Part shown: one piece after another, positions 9,987 to 18,640 of the stretch
Layout of the letters: each line of letters opens with the position of its first letter
Position numbering within the stretch: the first letter of the stretch is position 1
DNA from: a virus
Taxonomy: Duplodnaviria; Caudoviricetes
Reading direction: 5' to 3' (one strand)
IMG/VR virus record: IMGVR_UViG_3300010401_000011
Span: 1 to 54,259 of that record
DNA: 54,259 nucleotides
Made by a program: the position numbers and the translations under genes
Notes under the pieces: generated by a model
What the model saw: only the letters and a program-made list of their open reading frames with translations
Database searches by the model: none
Told to the model about the DNA's origin: nothing

Positions 9987-10274
9987 ATGAACGAGCAATT
10001 TGACATCGGGCGAGCCGTCACCGAGATGCGGCACCACGGCAAGAAAGTGAGCCGCGAGGGCTGGAACGGCAAGGGCATGTATCTGGTCTTCCAGAAGAGT
10101 TACCCGGACGGCATCCCCATCAACAAGAACACCGCCGACGCCACGGGCATCCCCGCCGGCACGGTGTGCAGGTTCCTGCCCTACGTCCTGATGCACACCG
10201 CGGACGGCGCGTTCGTGCCCTGGCTGTGCTCGCAAACGGACCTGCTCGCCACCGATTGGGGTGTCGTCCCATGA
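9987..10274 (+). CDS. tad2: DUF2829 / Thoeris anti-defence Tad2-like sponge protein
   Basis: Hallmark motifs GKKVSREGWNGKGMYL and VPWLCSQTDLLATDW. Confidence 0.85.
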   Translation: MNEQFDIGRAVTEMRHHGKKVSREGWNGKGMYLVFQKSYPDGIPINKNTADATGIPAGTVCRFLPYVLMHTADGAFVPWLCSQTDLLATDWGVVP

Positions 10275-10501
10275 GCGCCGACGCCTTCGCCCAATACCTG
10301 CAACGCACCGTGAAAGAGCTTCGCCCCTATATCGAGGGCGAGAAGCTGCCGGCAACGCTCGCCATCTCCCCGGCGGACTCGAAGGCGGGCTCGCCCAAGC
10401 TCGGCGACATGATTGCCCGCAACCCGAAGAACCACCAGGACCAGTGGCTGGTGTCCGCGCAATACTTTGCCGACAACTTCGAGCCCATGGAGGCGCCATG
10501 A
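10271..10501 (+). CDS. Small conserved hypothetical protein coupled to tad2
   Basis: ATGA overlap; GSPKLGDMIARNPKNHQDQWLVSAQYFADNFE. Confidence 0.8.
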   Translation: MSADAFAQYLQRTVKELRPYIEGEKLPATLAISPADSKAGSPKLGDMIARNPKNHQDQWLVSAQYFADNFEPMEAP

Positions 10502-10791
10502 ACGCGGAGCCCATGAGTGAGCCCGAGGGACCACCCACGGAGCCGCCCGCCGCCGGGATTCATTTTGGCGAGACCGTGAGCATTCGCATCTCGGTCGTCA
10601 ATGAACGCGGCGCGACCCTGGACATGTTTGGCATGAGCGCCCGCACGCGCGGCCTTGCGCTGGCCGGCATGAAAGAGGACGTGGAGACGCGCCTTCGCGA
10701 GGCGCAAGATGCTTTGGTTTTCGGCCAGGCCCGGGTCGAGGCCCTCACCAGACTGCGCGCGCACATCGAAAGCGAGACCGCCAATGCCTGA
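10498..10791 (+). CDS. Hypothetical protein
   Basis: GGAGG RBS, ATGA overlap, C-terminal coiled-coil. Confidence 0.65.
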   Translation: MNAEPMSEPEGPPTEPPAAGIHFGETVSIRISVVNERGATLDMFGMSARTRGLALAGMKEDVETRLREAQDALVFGQARVEALTRLRAHIESETANA

Positions 10792-11989
10792 CGCCGCCCC
10801 GGCAACCCCGGCACCTGCCCCCGCTGCCAAGGCCGCCCCGCCCCCGGTCGCGCCCGCGAGCACGTTCAACGACCGTATCGCCGCCGCCAAGAGCATGGGC
10901 ACCCCCGCGAGCACGGCCGCTGCCGTCACGGCCAAGCCCGCGCCCGTGGCCGAGACCCCGACCGAGAGCGTGGCCGAGACGGAGCCGGAAAGCCCCGAGC
11001 CAGCGCCAGCCGAAGGCGAGGAAGCCCCGGACTCGACCGATGAGGCCGAGCCCGCGGACGAGACGCCCATTCCCGGTACCGATGCCGAGAAGCTCACGAC
11101 CGGGCTAGCGCTCATGCAGAAAGGCGATCTCGACGCCGCCGTGCGCGCGCTCGGGGGTGACCCGAAGCTCATCCCACTGCCGACCAAGAAAGCGTTCCGG
11201 GCCATGGCGCGCCGGGAGCTCAAGGCCCAAGCCCGGGATGCCGCGTTCGACAAGGCCAAGGCCGAAGCGCAAGGGCATCTCTCGACCGAGAGCAACCACC
11301 TATCGCAACAGCAACGCGCGCTCGCGGCCCGGTACGCTCCCGCCGACGAGAGCCGCACGGCCTGGGAGAACGAGGACTTCCTCGCGTGCGGCAAGGCCCT
11401 GGAAAAGCACTTCAAGACGGATCTGGCCACTATCACCCAAAAGCTCGCCTCGGGTAAGGTCGGCAAGACCCCGGAAGAGAAGAACCTGAGCGCGGAGCGG
11501 GCAGCCCTTGCCAAGGAACGCGCGGACTTCGAAGCGGCCAAGGCCAAGGAAAGCTCGAGCAAGACCGTGGCCCAGAAGCGCGAGGCGGCCATCACCCGCG
11601 TCGGCGAAGGGCTCAAGCTGCACCCGTACATCGCCGGCACCGACGGCAAGCCCGACCCCGAGGCCCTGGAAGAGGTGTTCAGCGCGTACGAGAAAACATG
11701 GGACGGGGAGAAATTCACCAAGACCGCCAAGGCGTGTGCGGACGAGTTGCAGCAAAAGCTCGAAGCGCGGGCGGCCAAGCGTGGCCTGGTCAAGGCCGGG
11801 GCTACTCCTGCTCCGGTCTTGGGCAAGAACGGTAAGCCCGCCGTCGCGCCCCGCCCCCGCATCGCCGAGCCGCCACGGACGGCGCCGCGCAACAACCTCG
11901 GCACCGCTGCCGATCTCGACGCCACCCGCGCGTCCCGGCTCGCACTGGCCAAGCGCGTGACCGAGCAGCAACGGCGAGGTGTGCGGTGA
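10784..11989 (+). CDS. Putative capsid scaffolding protein
   Basis: Acidic/Pro-rich N-terminus, long charged helices, basic C-terminus; downstream of portal. Confidence 0.6.
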   Translation: MPDAAPATPAPAPAAKAAPPPVAPASTFNDRIAAAKSMGTPASTAAAVTAKPAPVAETPTESVAETEPESPEPAPAEGEEAPDSTDEAEPADETPIPGTDAEKLTTGLALMQKGDLDAAVRALGGDPKLIPLPTKKAFRAMARRELKAQARDAAFDKAKAEAQGHLSTESNHLSQQQRALAARYAPADESRTAWENEDFLACGKALEKHFKTDLATITQKLASGKVGKTPEEKNLSAERAALAKERADFEAAKAKESSSKTVAQKREAAITRVGEGLKLHPYIAGTDGKPDPEALEEVFSAYEKTWDGEKFTKTAKACADELQQKLEARAAKRGLVKAGATPAPVLGKNGKPAVAPRPRIAEPPRTAPRNNLGTAADLDATRASRLALAKRVTEQQRRGVR

Positions 11990-12918
11990 AACTCACGGCC
12001 AAGAACAACACGATCCTGGTCAAGCCGAACTACGAGGTCCTCAAGCGCCTATCGCAGTTTCACGCGGACGGCGAGGTCATCAACCACCCCGTGTTCGGCG
12101 CGGTCAAGATGCATGCGAGCCAGGACTACGTGAACACGAGCCCGGGCAACAACATCGCATGGGGCACGGTCATGAGCGTCGGGCCAGGCGCGGCCTGGAT
12201 GGCGGGCAAGGCCACGTTAGATGAAGTACTGCAGCCGGGCGACATCATCGGCTTTGACGTGCAGCACGAGGTCAGTACGCCGTTCGAGGGCGAGAAGGTG
12301 TTCTTTCTGCCCGTGGACCAGGCCTTGTGCCGGTTCAACCCGGACGATCCGCTGCCGGTGCCGCTCGGCTTCTACATGCTGACCGTGGAGGAGCCGGGCG
12401 CGGCCGAGCGCTTCACGTTCAGCGGTGCCGCGCGGCAGTTTGCCTTACCGCGCAACTCCGCCCGGGGCTCGCTCCGGGTGAGTGACTCGCCGCACAGTAA
12501 CGTGAAATTCACGGTGGAGCGCGTGCTCGACGTCGGCCCGGGCGGCATGGGGCATAGCGAGATCCGGACCGAGCTCAGCAAACACGAGGAAGTGCGCGAG
12601 CACGTCCGGGTCAATGGCGAGACCATGGGCTCGCGTGTCATATCGAGCAAGGTCATCGAGAAGCGCCAGACCCCGGTCTGGATCCAACCGGAGGTGACGG
12701 CCATCGGGCAACTCGCCGTGTTCCTTTTCACGATGAGCGTCGACGTCATGATCCGCGGCGTGCGGCATCGCTTGACGAACTGGGACCGGGTGCGGGGCAC
12801 GGTCGAGGAAGACGCGCCCGTGGCGACCCTGGTTCCACCTACCGAGGCCGAGTGCCTAGAGACCCAGCTCGATGCGCTCGACGCCGCCGGTTACAAGATG
12901 CGATGGGGGACGGGCTGA
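11986..12918 (+). CDS. Tandem GroES/Cpn10-like co-chaperonin
   Basis: MKLTAKNNTILVKP..GTVMSVGPG..LQPGDIIGF..EGEKVFFL and a second PLGFYML..RVLDVGPG..IGQLAVF..RGVRHRL unit. Confidence 0.65.
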   Translation: MKLTAKNNTILVKPNYEVLKRLSQFHADGEVINHPVFGAVKMHASQDYVNTSPGNNIAWGTVMSVGPGAAWMAGKATLDEVLQPGDIIGFDVQHEVSTPFEGEKVFFLPVDQALCRFNPDDPLPVPLGFYMLTVEEPGAAERFTFSGAARQFALPRNSARGSLRVSDSPHSNVKFTVERVLDVGPGGMGHSEIRTELSKHEEVREHVRVNGETMGSRVISSKVIEKRQTPVWIQPEVTAIGQLAVFLFTMSVDVMIRGVRHRLTNWDRVRGTVEEDAPVATLVPPTEAECLETQLDALDAAGYKMRWGTG

Positions 12919-13319
12919 CCGCCGTCGCCATCCCCCCGGACTGGCCCGTGTGCGGCGCGCCCAATCGCGATCCGCGCGTGGGCCAGGTATGCCGCGCCGC
13001 CGGTGACGGCTACGGCGGGCGCTGCCGCTGGCATGGTGGGCTCGCGCTCCCGCCCGGGGAGTGGACGTTGCTCTACGTGCAGACGGGCATCTACGTCGTG
13101 CCCTGGAACGCGGACGAGGCCGAGGACGCGTCCAGCGGCTTTCGGGTGTCCTGGCGCACGGCCGCGGCCCTGGTCGAGACGGGCAAGGTCCGGCGCGGCG
13201 TGTTCTTTCGCCGCATGGGTCAGAGCCTGCTCCGGCGCTTTCAGACCAGCGAGGTCACGGCCAAGGTCGTCTCCCACCACCGGTGCGTGCGGGAGTATGC
13301 GTTCGAGGTGGAGGCGTGA
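12903..13319 (+). CDS. HGGxSTG-like zinc-binding domain protein
   Basis: CGAPNR..VCR..GRCRWHGG. Confidence 0.6.
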   Translation: MGDGLTAVAIPPDWPVCGAPNRDPRVGQVCRAAGDGYGGRCRWHGGLALPPGEWTLLYVQTGIYVVPWNADEAEDASSGFRVSWRTAAALVETGKVRRGVFFRRMGQSLLRRFQTSEVTAKVVSHHRCVREYAFEVEA

Positions 13320-13432
13320 GGGGCCGGGAATGGTGGCGGGCGTTTCTCAACCCCGACAATTGGATCCGTTTCGTGGGCGGCTTGGCTCTTCAATACGTGC
13401 TCCGGCACTGGATCAAGGGGGACCTGCCATGA
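13316..13432 (+). CDS. Small hypothetical protein
   Basis: GTGA and ATGA overlaps at both ends, GGAGG RBS; 38 aa. Confidence 0.5.
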   Translation: MRGREWWRAFLNPDNWIRFVGGLALQYVLRHWIKGDLP

Positions 13433-13731
13433 GCGATCCTGATCTCGACCAGGCCTACACCGAGCGCAACCGGCTCGTGGCCTTTCTCGCCCGGTGCTTC
13501 CCGTCCGGGCTCCGGCGCACGGACATCCCGGGCTGGGATGAGGCCTGGCACGGGTGCGTGTTCATCGACACCCCCGAAGGGCAGATGTCCTGGCACTACC
13601 ACGACAAGGACGCGTTCTTGTTCGTGGGGCTGCCGCCCTACACCAAGCCCTGGGACGAGCACGGCACGGCCGAGAAGTATGAGCGACTGGCCATGCTCAC
13701 GACGCGCGTGGGTAAGCGTGACCTGCCATGA
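13429..13731 (+). CDS. WDGH-like domain protein
   Basis: YTERNRLV..IDTPEGQMSWHYH..PWDEHGTAEKYERL. Confidence 0.7.
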   Translation: MSDPDLDQAYTERNRLVAFLARCFPSGLRRTDIPGWDEAWHGCVFIDTPEGQMSWHYHDKDAFLFVGLPPYTKPWDEHGTAEKYERLAMLTTRVGKRDLP

Positions 13732-14300
13732 CCGCCCTCGCCCCCATCCCCGATCCGGACGATGACGGCCTCACGAGCGCGCTCGCCGACGCCATCGTGC
13801 TCGCCATCGAGGAAGAGTGCATGCCGCGCAAGTTTGCGGCCACGTACAACGGCGTCTCCCCCAAGACCCTGGAACGCTGGATTGCGATGGGCGCGACCGG
13901 CACGGGCTCGGCCCTGCACGCGAGCCTGGCCAAGCGCGTGCTCCGGACCGAGGGCGGCAAGGTGGGGAAGGTCATGCGGAATTTGAGCGCCTTATCGTTC
14001 GAGGACGGCAAGGCGGGCGAGGCCTTCCTCAAGCTCTTCAAGCCCGGGGACTTTGGCGGACCGCGCCGGGAGCCCGACGAGTTCGACGGCATCGAGCGCA
14101 ACGCGCAGAAGCAAGACAAGCTCTTGCAAAGCCCGCCGCCGCGGCTCCGGGCCAAGATGGCGTTGCACGGCTGGTGGCAGTTCCCAGTCGATCTGAGCGG
14201 GGACGACCGGGCCGCGCTCGTGGCCATGCAACGCAAGTACCAGACGGCCGCGCTCCTAACGGCGCCGCCCTCCGACAAGGCACCGCAAACGAGCGAGTGA
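13728..14300 (+). CDS. Putative terminase small subunit
   Basis: HTH (FAATYNGVSPKTLERWI) directly upstream of TerL. Confidence 0.6.
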   Translation: MTALAPIPDPDDDGLTSALADAIVLAIEEECMPRKFAATYNGVSPKTLERWIAMGATGTGSALHASLAKRVLRTEGGKVGKVMRNLSALSFEDGKAGEAFLKLFKPGDFGGPRREPDEFDGIERNAQKQDKLLQSPPPRLRAKMALHGWWQFPVDLSGDDRAALVAMQRKYQTAALLTAPPSDKAPQTSE

Positions 14301-14311
14301 CGGCGTGGTGA

Positions 14312-15835
14312 GTGAGCGGCGAGTGGATCGAGGACTGGCAGGACTGCTTTAGCGAGTTCGAGCCGCGCTTTGACCTGAGCGCGCACCGGCACGCAAAGCA
14401 ACACGCCATCAGCATCGACCCGGCCTGGATCCGGGCCGTGTTGGGGACGCGCCGGTCGGGCAAGACGGAAGAGTTCTGTCTCGAGGCCCTGGAAGTGGCG
14501 GACCAGTTCCCGGGCGAGACCGTGCCCTACGTGATGCCCACCATCGGGCGCGGGCGCGATGTCGTGTTCCCGAAGATGGAGGAGCTGTCCAAAGCCTTCA
14601 AGCTCGGTCTGCACATCAACCGGAGCGAGTTCAAAATCTTCACCCCCGCGGGCGGCATCGTGCAGCTCTACGGGCTCGCCACCCGCCCCGACGCCGAGAA
14701 GGGCCGCGGCGGGCGCTTCCCGCTCGTCATATTCGACGAGTGCGGGGCTCAGCCACAAGACACTCTCAAGCTCGCCGTGACCCAGACTTTTGGCCCGGCA
14801 ACGGCGGACTTCCGGGGCCTAGGCGGGCGCGGCATCTTGATGGGCGGCACCCCCGGGTACGAGCCGGACTGCTACTGGGAACGGCTCATCGGGGGCAACG
14901 GGCATCAAAGCAAGTTGGGCGCAAGCGTCCACTTCATGACGATCTGGGACAACCCGTTCTTCCGGGGCCGCGAGCAGCTCATCATCGACGCTCACCTGGC
15001 CGAGAACTTCATCACCACGACCGACGCGGGCTTCCGCCGGGAGTGGCTCGGGGAGTTCTGTAGCAACACCGAGGGGCTCTGCTACCAGCGCTGGAACGGC
15101 CTGCTCTTGCCCCGCCATATGGTGCCGCGCGGCGGCTACACGGTCATGGGCCTCGACCTTGGAAAGCACGACCCGTGCGCGTGGGTGGTCATCCGCTTCG
15201 TCGTCACCGAGCAGGTGGTCGGCGACGTGGTCCGGTCGATCCACCACGGCCACGTCATCGCCAGCTACGAGAAAAGCGACTGCTCGGTGGAGGAGATGGC
15301 CTCGATAACCCGGCGCCTGAAAGAGGCCTACCATGTCTCACACATCGCAGGCGACTCGGCGGGCCTAGGCGCGACCGTCATCGAGGAACTGGCCAAGGTC
15401 TACGGGCTACCGATCGTCCCGGTGAAAAAGAGCGGCGTCAGGCTCGGGCGGATCTGGATGGCGGACAGCATGTTTGGCGCCGGCACGCTCCACGTCCACG
15501 AGGGTTGTGACTCGCTCAACCGGCAGCTCAAGGCCGTGCCCTGGGATGAAAAGCGCAAGGGGCACCACCCGCGCTACCCGGACCATTCCCTCGACGCGAT
15601 GCTGTACGCGCTCACGCTCAGCCGCCAGCACGAGGTAGACACGGCCCTGCCCGCCGAGCCCGGGAGCAAAGCGTGGTACGCCGAGCAGGAGCGAAAGGAC
15701 GAGGCCGCGGCGCTCGAGTACGCGCGCCTACGCCGCTCGGGCCTGGCCGCGTACGCGCCCGTCATCCACCTCCCGCGCGCGCCGCGGATCGTGCTGCCCG
15801 AGTTCGAAGAGTGGCAGCGCCGCCGCGCCGCGTGA
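14312..15835 (+). CDS. terL: Terminase large subunit
   Basis: Walker A GTRRSGKT, Walker B LVIFDE, GTP coupling motif, TIWDNPF, nuclease GLDLG.HD and DHSLDAMLYA. Confidence 0.95.
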   Translation: MSGEWIEDWQDCFSEFEPRFDLSAHRHAKQHAISIDPAWIRAVLGTRRSGKTEEFCLEALEVADQFPGETVPYVMPTIGRGRDVVFPKMEELSKAFKLGLHINRSEFKIFTPAGGIVQLYGLATRPDAEKGRGGRFPLVIFDECGAQPQDTLKLAVTQTFGPATADFRGLGGRGILMGGTPGYEPDCYWERLIGGNGHQSKLGASVHFMTIWDNPFFRGREQLIIDAHLAENFITTTDAGFRREWLGEFCSNTEGLCYQRWNGLLLPRHMVPRGGYTVMGLDLGKHDPCAWVVIRFVVTEQVVGDVVRSIHHGHVIASYEKSDCSVEEMASITRRLKEAYHVSHIAGDSAGLGATVIEELAKVYGLPIVPVKKSGVRLGRIWMADSMFGAGTLHVHEGCDSLNRQLKAVPWDEKRKGHHPRYPDHSLDAMLYALTLSRQHEVDTALPAEPGSKAWYAEQERKDEAAALEYARLRRSGLAAYAPVIHLPRAPRIVLPEFEEWQRRRAA

Positions 15836-15866
15836 GTCGACTGGCCTAGCGGTGCCGGCCGGCGCG

Positions 15867-15942
15867 TGTTACGTTCCGCGTTGCCAGCTGGCCCGGGTGC
15901 GCGTCAACCCACGTCGCAAGCTCCAAAGCGCGTGCCCGGGCC
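15867..15942 (+). promoter_or_regulatory. Putative extended -10 promoter followed by a 14-bp stem-loop
   Basis: TG-T-TACGTT at 15867-15875; GGCCCGGGTGCGCG/CGCGTGCCCGGGCC at 15890-15942. Confidence 0.4.
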
Positions 15943-15967
15943 GCTTCCTCACGAAAGGCTTTTGGTG

Positions 15968-16339
15968 ATGAGTAGCGAGCAACCCGTAGGCATCGTGGTC
16001 TTGGTCTACGACGTGCCCACCGAGACGTCGCTCACGCACGCGGCGCTCGCGATCGAGACCGTGCGCCGGCTCGGCCCGGGCAAGGTCCTCGTCGACCATG
16101 CGGGCCCGGGCACGTACCTGGCCCAGCTACTTCAAGAACGCGGCATCAGCGTGCAGGCCATGAAAAAGCCGCTCGCTGGTCTCGCCGATCCGGACGACAC
16201 CCGCCTCCGGGTGCTCAACTGCCGGGCGCTACTCGAGCGGGCGGCGGCGGTGCTCGTCGGCGAGATGACGGACCCTGGCCTGGACGATAAGCGCAAAAAC
16301 CTGCTCTTCGATATCGAGGCGCTTTCCGAGCGGTGCTGA
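15968..16339 (+). CDS. Hypothetical protein
   Basis: AAAGG RBS, high-GC3 codon usage. Confidence 0.65.
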   Translation: MSSEQPVGIVVLVYDVPTETSLTHAALAIETVRRLGPGKVLVDHAGPGTYLAQLLQERGISVQAMKKPLAGLADPDDTRLRVLNCRALLERAAAVLVGEMTDPGLDDKRKNLLFDIEALSERC

Positions 16340-16836
16340 GCGTGGCGGATCAGCCCGGCAATCTCACGTTCAGCGAGTTGGCCTGGGTGCGACGCATGAT
16401 GACCGTCGACCAGGTGGGCGGCACCGAGCTGCACAGCGAGCAGCAACTCGGCTCCCGCGCCAAGCTCTTCGATGGCGTCGACCGGCAGATCCGGGCCCGG
16501 GTGGCAGCAACCATGCCGGGCGTCCTGAGTGACGCTCGCGAGCAGATCCTGGCTCAACTCGGCCCCGAGAAGCTGACGGCCGTGGTCGAGAAGCACCGGG
16601 ACGACGTGGCCAAGCGCATCGGCAAGCTCGAACGGCAGTTCGAACTCGAGGCGGGCAACCTCATCGATCGGGCCGTGGAACGAGCGCTCACGCTCGCGGG
16701 TGACCTCATCGTGTCCCGCATCGAAAAGCGAGTGCGCACCGTCGTCGCAACCGAGTGCGCCAAACAACTCCGGCGGGTCATGAATCCGCCCAAGGCCGCA
16801 ACGGCCCCAACCAACCGAAAAAGGAAATCCCCATGA
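16333..16836 (+). CDS. Hypothetical protein
   Basis: Coupled ORF, helical. Confidence 0.65.
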   Translation: MLSVADQPGNLTFSELAWVRRMMTVDQVGGTELHSEQQLGSRAKLFDGVDRQIRARVAATMPGVLSDAREQILAQLGPEKLTAVVEKHRDDVAKRIGKLERQFELEAGNLIDRAVERALTLAGDLIVSRIEKRVRTVVATECAKQLRRVMNPPKAATAPTNRKRKSP

Positions 16837-17054
16837 CCGAGAACGAACTCGCCCGCGTCACCAAGCTCCGGGCCCGCATCACGGACCTCAAGGCCAAGGT
16901 GCAGACCGAGCGCGCCGCCAAGGCCGCGATCAAGGCGGAAGCGAAAGAGGCCATCGCGGCCATGAAGAGCAAGACCAAGACCGCCCCGGTCAAGGCCAAG
17001 CCGAGCCGCGCGCGCCGCCAGACCCGAAGCCAGTCCGCTTCCGCCGCTGCCTGA
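16833..17054 (+). CDS. Basic coiled-coil hypothetical protein
   Basis: AAGGA RBS; Lys/Ala-rich. Confidence 0.7.
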   Translation: MTENELARVTKLRARITDLKAKVQTERAAKAAIKAEAKEAIAAMKSKTKTAPVKAKPSRARRQTRSQSASAAA

Positions 17055-17062
17055 GCCGCCTC

Positions 17063-17866
17063 ATGTTTTTGCGCCCACAATCCGAGCTCGGTTGGCTGAT
17101 GCTTCAATGGCTGGCCGTGCTCGTGTTGGGGCATAACGTGCAGAAGGATCCGAGCCTGCTCGGTGGTAGCCGGCGGGGCGGAAAGACGGCGGCGCTGGTT
17201 TCGCGGCAGGGTAACCATGAAGCCGCCAAGCCGCGCCAGGTAAAGCCACGCGACCCGGGCAGCTTCACGCTCGGGCCCGCCCCGCTCTGGTGGCTCTCGT
17301 TCGCGAGCGAAGCGGACGTGTTCCTGGGCCTGGCCATCGTGGAGGCCCGGAACCATACCGAGGCCGTCCAGCGCACGCTCACGCTCGGCATCAACCCGGG
17401 CGGGCAGGTGGCGGCCATCGAAATCCCCGCGGACTTACGCGCCACACACGAGCCCTACCGGGACCGGCTGCTCACCGAGGACGAGGCCCGTGCGCTCGAG
17501 GCCAAGCCGATCCGCGAGTGGGAAGAGACGGGTGACCTCACGCCCGAGATGCTCGAACACCTGGCAGCGTCCGGGCAACTCGTCACGCACACCCAGCCGC
17601 CACCCGAGTTTGACGCGACCGCTTTCCTCGAACGCCATTACGGCCCGCTCAAGGCAGCCCTCGGGGAGTCCCGGCTCCGTGAGTTCAGCGATCGGCTAGC
17701 CGCGCTCGCCCTGACCGACCCGCGCGACGAGGGTGCCGGGTATGTCGACCCGGCAACGGGCGAGCCTGACGAGGCGCTCTACAAGGTCCCTGGCGCGCTA
17801 CTGAACGTGACCCGCGCGTTTGCCGTGGAGATGGGGCTCGATCCGGAGAAGCTCGAGCGCGTATGA
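17063..17866 (+). CDS. Hypothetical protein (start uncertain)
   Basis: Long ORF; WWLSFA..FLG.AIVEA..LGINPGGQV phage-type domain. Confidence 0.65.
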   Translation: MFLRPQSELGWLMLQWLAVLVLGHNVQKDPSLLGGSRRGGKTAALVSRQGNHEAAKPRQVKPRDPGSFTLGPAPLWWLSFASEADVFLGLAIVEARNHTEAVQRTLTLGINPGGQVAAIEIPADLRATHEPYRDRLLTEDEARALEAKPIREWEETGDLTPEMLEHLAASGQLVTHTQPPPEFDATAFLERHYGPLKAALGESRLREFSDRLAALALTDPRDEGAGYVDPATGEPDEALYKVPGALLNVTRAFAVEMGLDPEKLERV

Positions 17867-18072
17867 AAGCCGCCGCCCGCCAGGACTGGCGCCTGTCCCC
17901 GATCGGCGCCGAGCCGACGTGGCCCGCGGAGTGGGAGGCCAAGTACCGGGGACGCTGGCAGACCCGCACCGACGAGAAAGGGCTCTTCCCGGCGCCGGCA
18001 CCACCCAAGCCCCGCCCGCCCAAGCGCGACGAGTGCCAGTTCTTCATCATCATTGCCCGGCGGCCCACATGA
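17863..18072 (+). CDS. Hypothetical protein
   Basis: ATGA-coupled. Confidence 0.55.
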   Translation: MKAAARQDWRLSPIGAEPTWPAEWEAKYRGRWQTRTDEKGLFPAPAPPKPRPPKRDECQFFIIIARRPT

Positions 18073-18311
18073 ACTGGCAGGCCCTCATCCGCTCGGCCGC
18101 GGTCGCGCGCTTTTACAAGACGGGGCTGTGTGATCCATTCAAGCTGGCGCGCGGGGACTTGCTTCGATTGCTGGCCGAGGTCACGGGCTGGACGCCGCGC
18201 GATCGGGACATGATGCTACGTGGCGAGGGCTTCCTACGCTTACAAGTGCGCGTCTACGTGCCGGAGCTGCAAATGCAAATCATGGTCGACGAGTGGGAGA
18301 AGGCGGCGTGA
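18069..18311 (+). CDS. Hypothetical protein
   Basis: ATGA-coupled. Confidence 0.6.
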   Translation: MNWQALIRSAAVARFYKTGLCDPFKLARGDLLRLLAEVTGWTPRDRDMMLRGEGFLRLQVRVYVPELQMQIMVDEWEKAA

Positions 18312-18640
18312 GCAAGGCTGCCGAGATGGCCGCCGACTGGTGGACGGAGCGCCTGCAACAGGGCGACAAGGCCGCGTTTCGGGCAGCGCTCTTGCCGCTC
18401 ATCGATGCGGAGCTGACCGAGCATGGTATCTGCCGTCTCGATTGCGACTACGACCCGCGCGGGGCGCTACTCGAAGCCGTGCACGCGGCGGGCTTGGAGT
18501 GCAAGGGCTTCATGTTCTCAGCCAAGGGCATCTTGCCCACCAAGCATTCGCTTCGCGTGACCCTCACCGAACTCGAGCCGAAAGAGGGTTACGGCAACTG
18601 GACGCCGACCATCAAGGTCGAGGAAGGGACGGAGCGGTGA
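18308..18640 (+). CDS. Hypothetical protein
   Basis: GTGA-coupled; AADWW..LDCDYDP..LP.K. Confidence 0.7.
   Translation: MSKAAEMAADWWTERLQQGDKAAFRAALLPLIDAELTEHGICRLDCDYDPRGALLEAVHAAGLECKGFMFSAKGILPTKHSLRVTLTELEPKEGYGNWTPTIKVEEGTER

Noticed and set aside
8635-11952. Long minus-strand ORFs (e.g. 8635-9984, 10327-11952; also 20265-21401, 45891-47552, 52112-53248)
   Set aside because: Antisense shadows of high-GC plus-strand genes; no motifs, no RBS, biased composition
13421-13731. Repeated GACCTGCCATGA at two consecutive gene junctions (13421, 13720)
   Set aside because: Only 12 bp and constrained by stop/start coupling; could mark cassette insertion but too short to support
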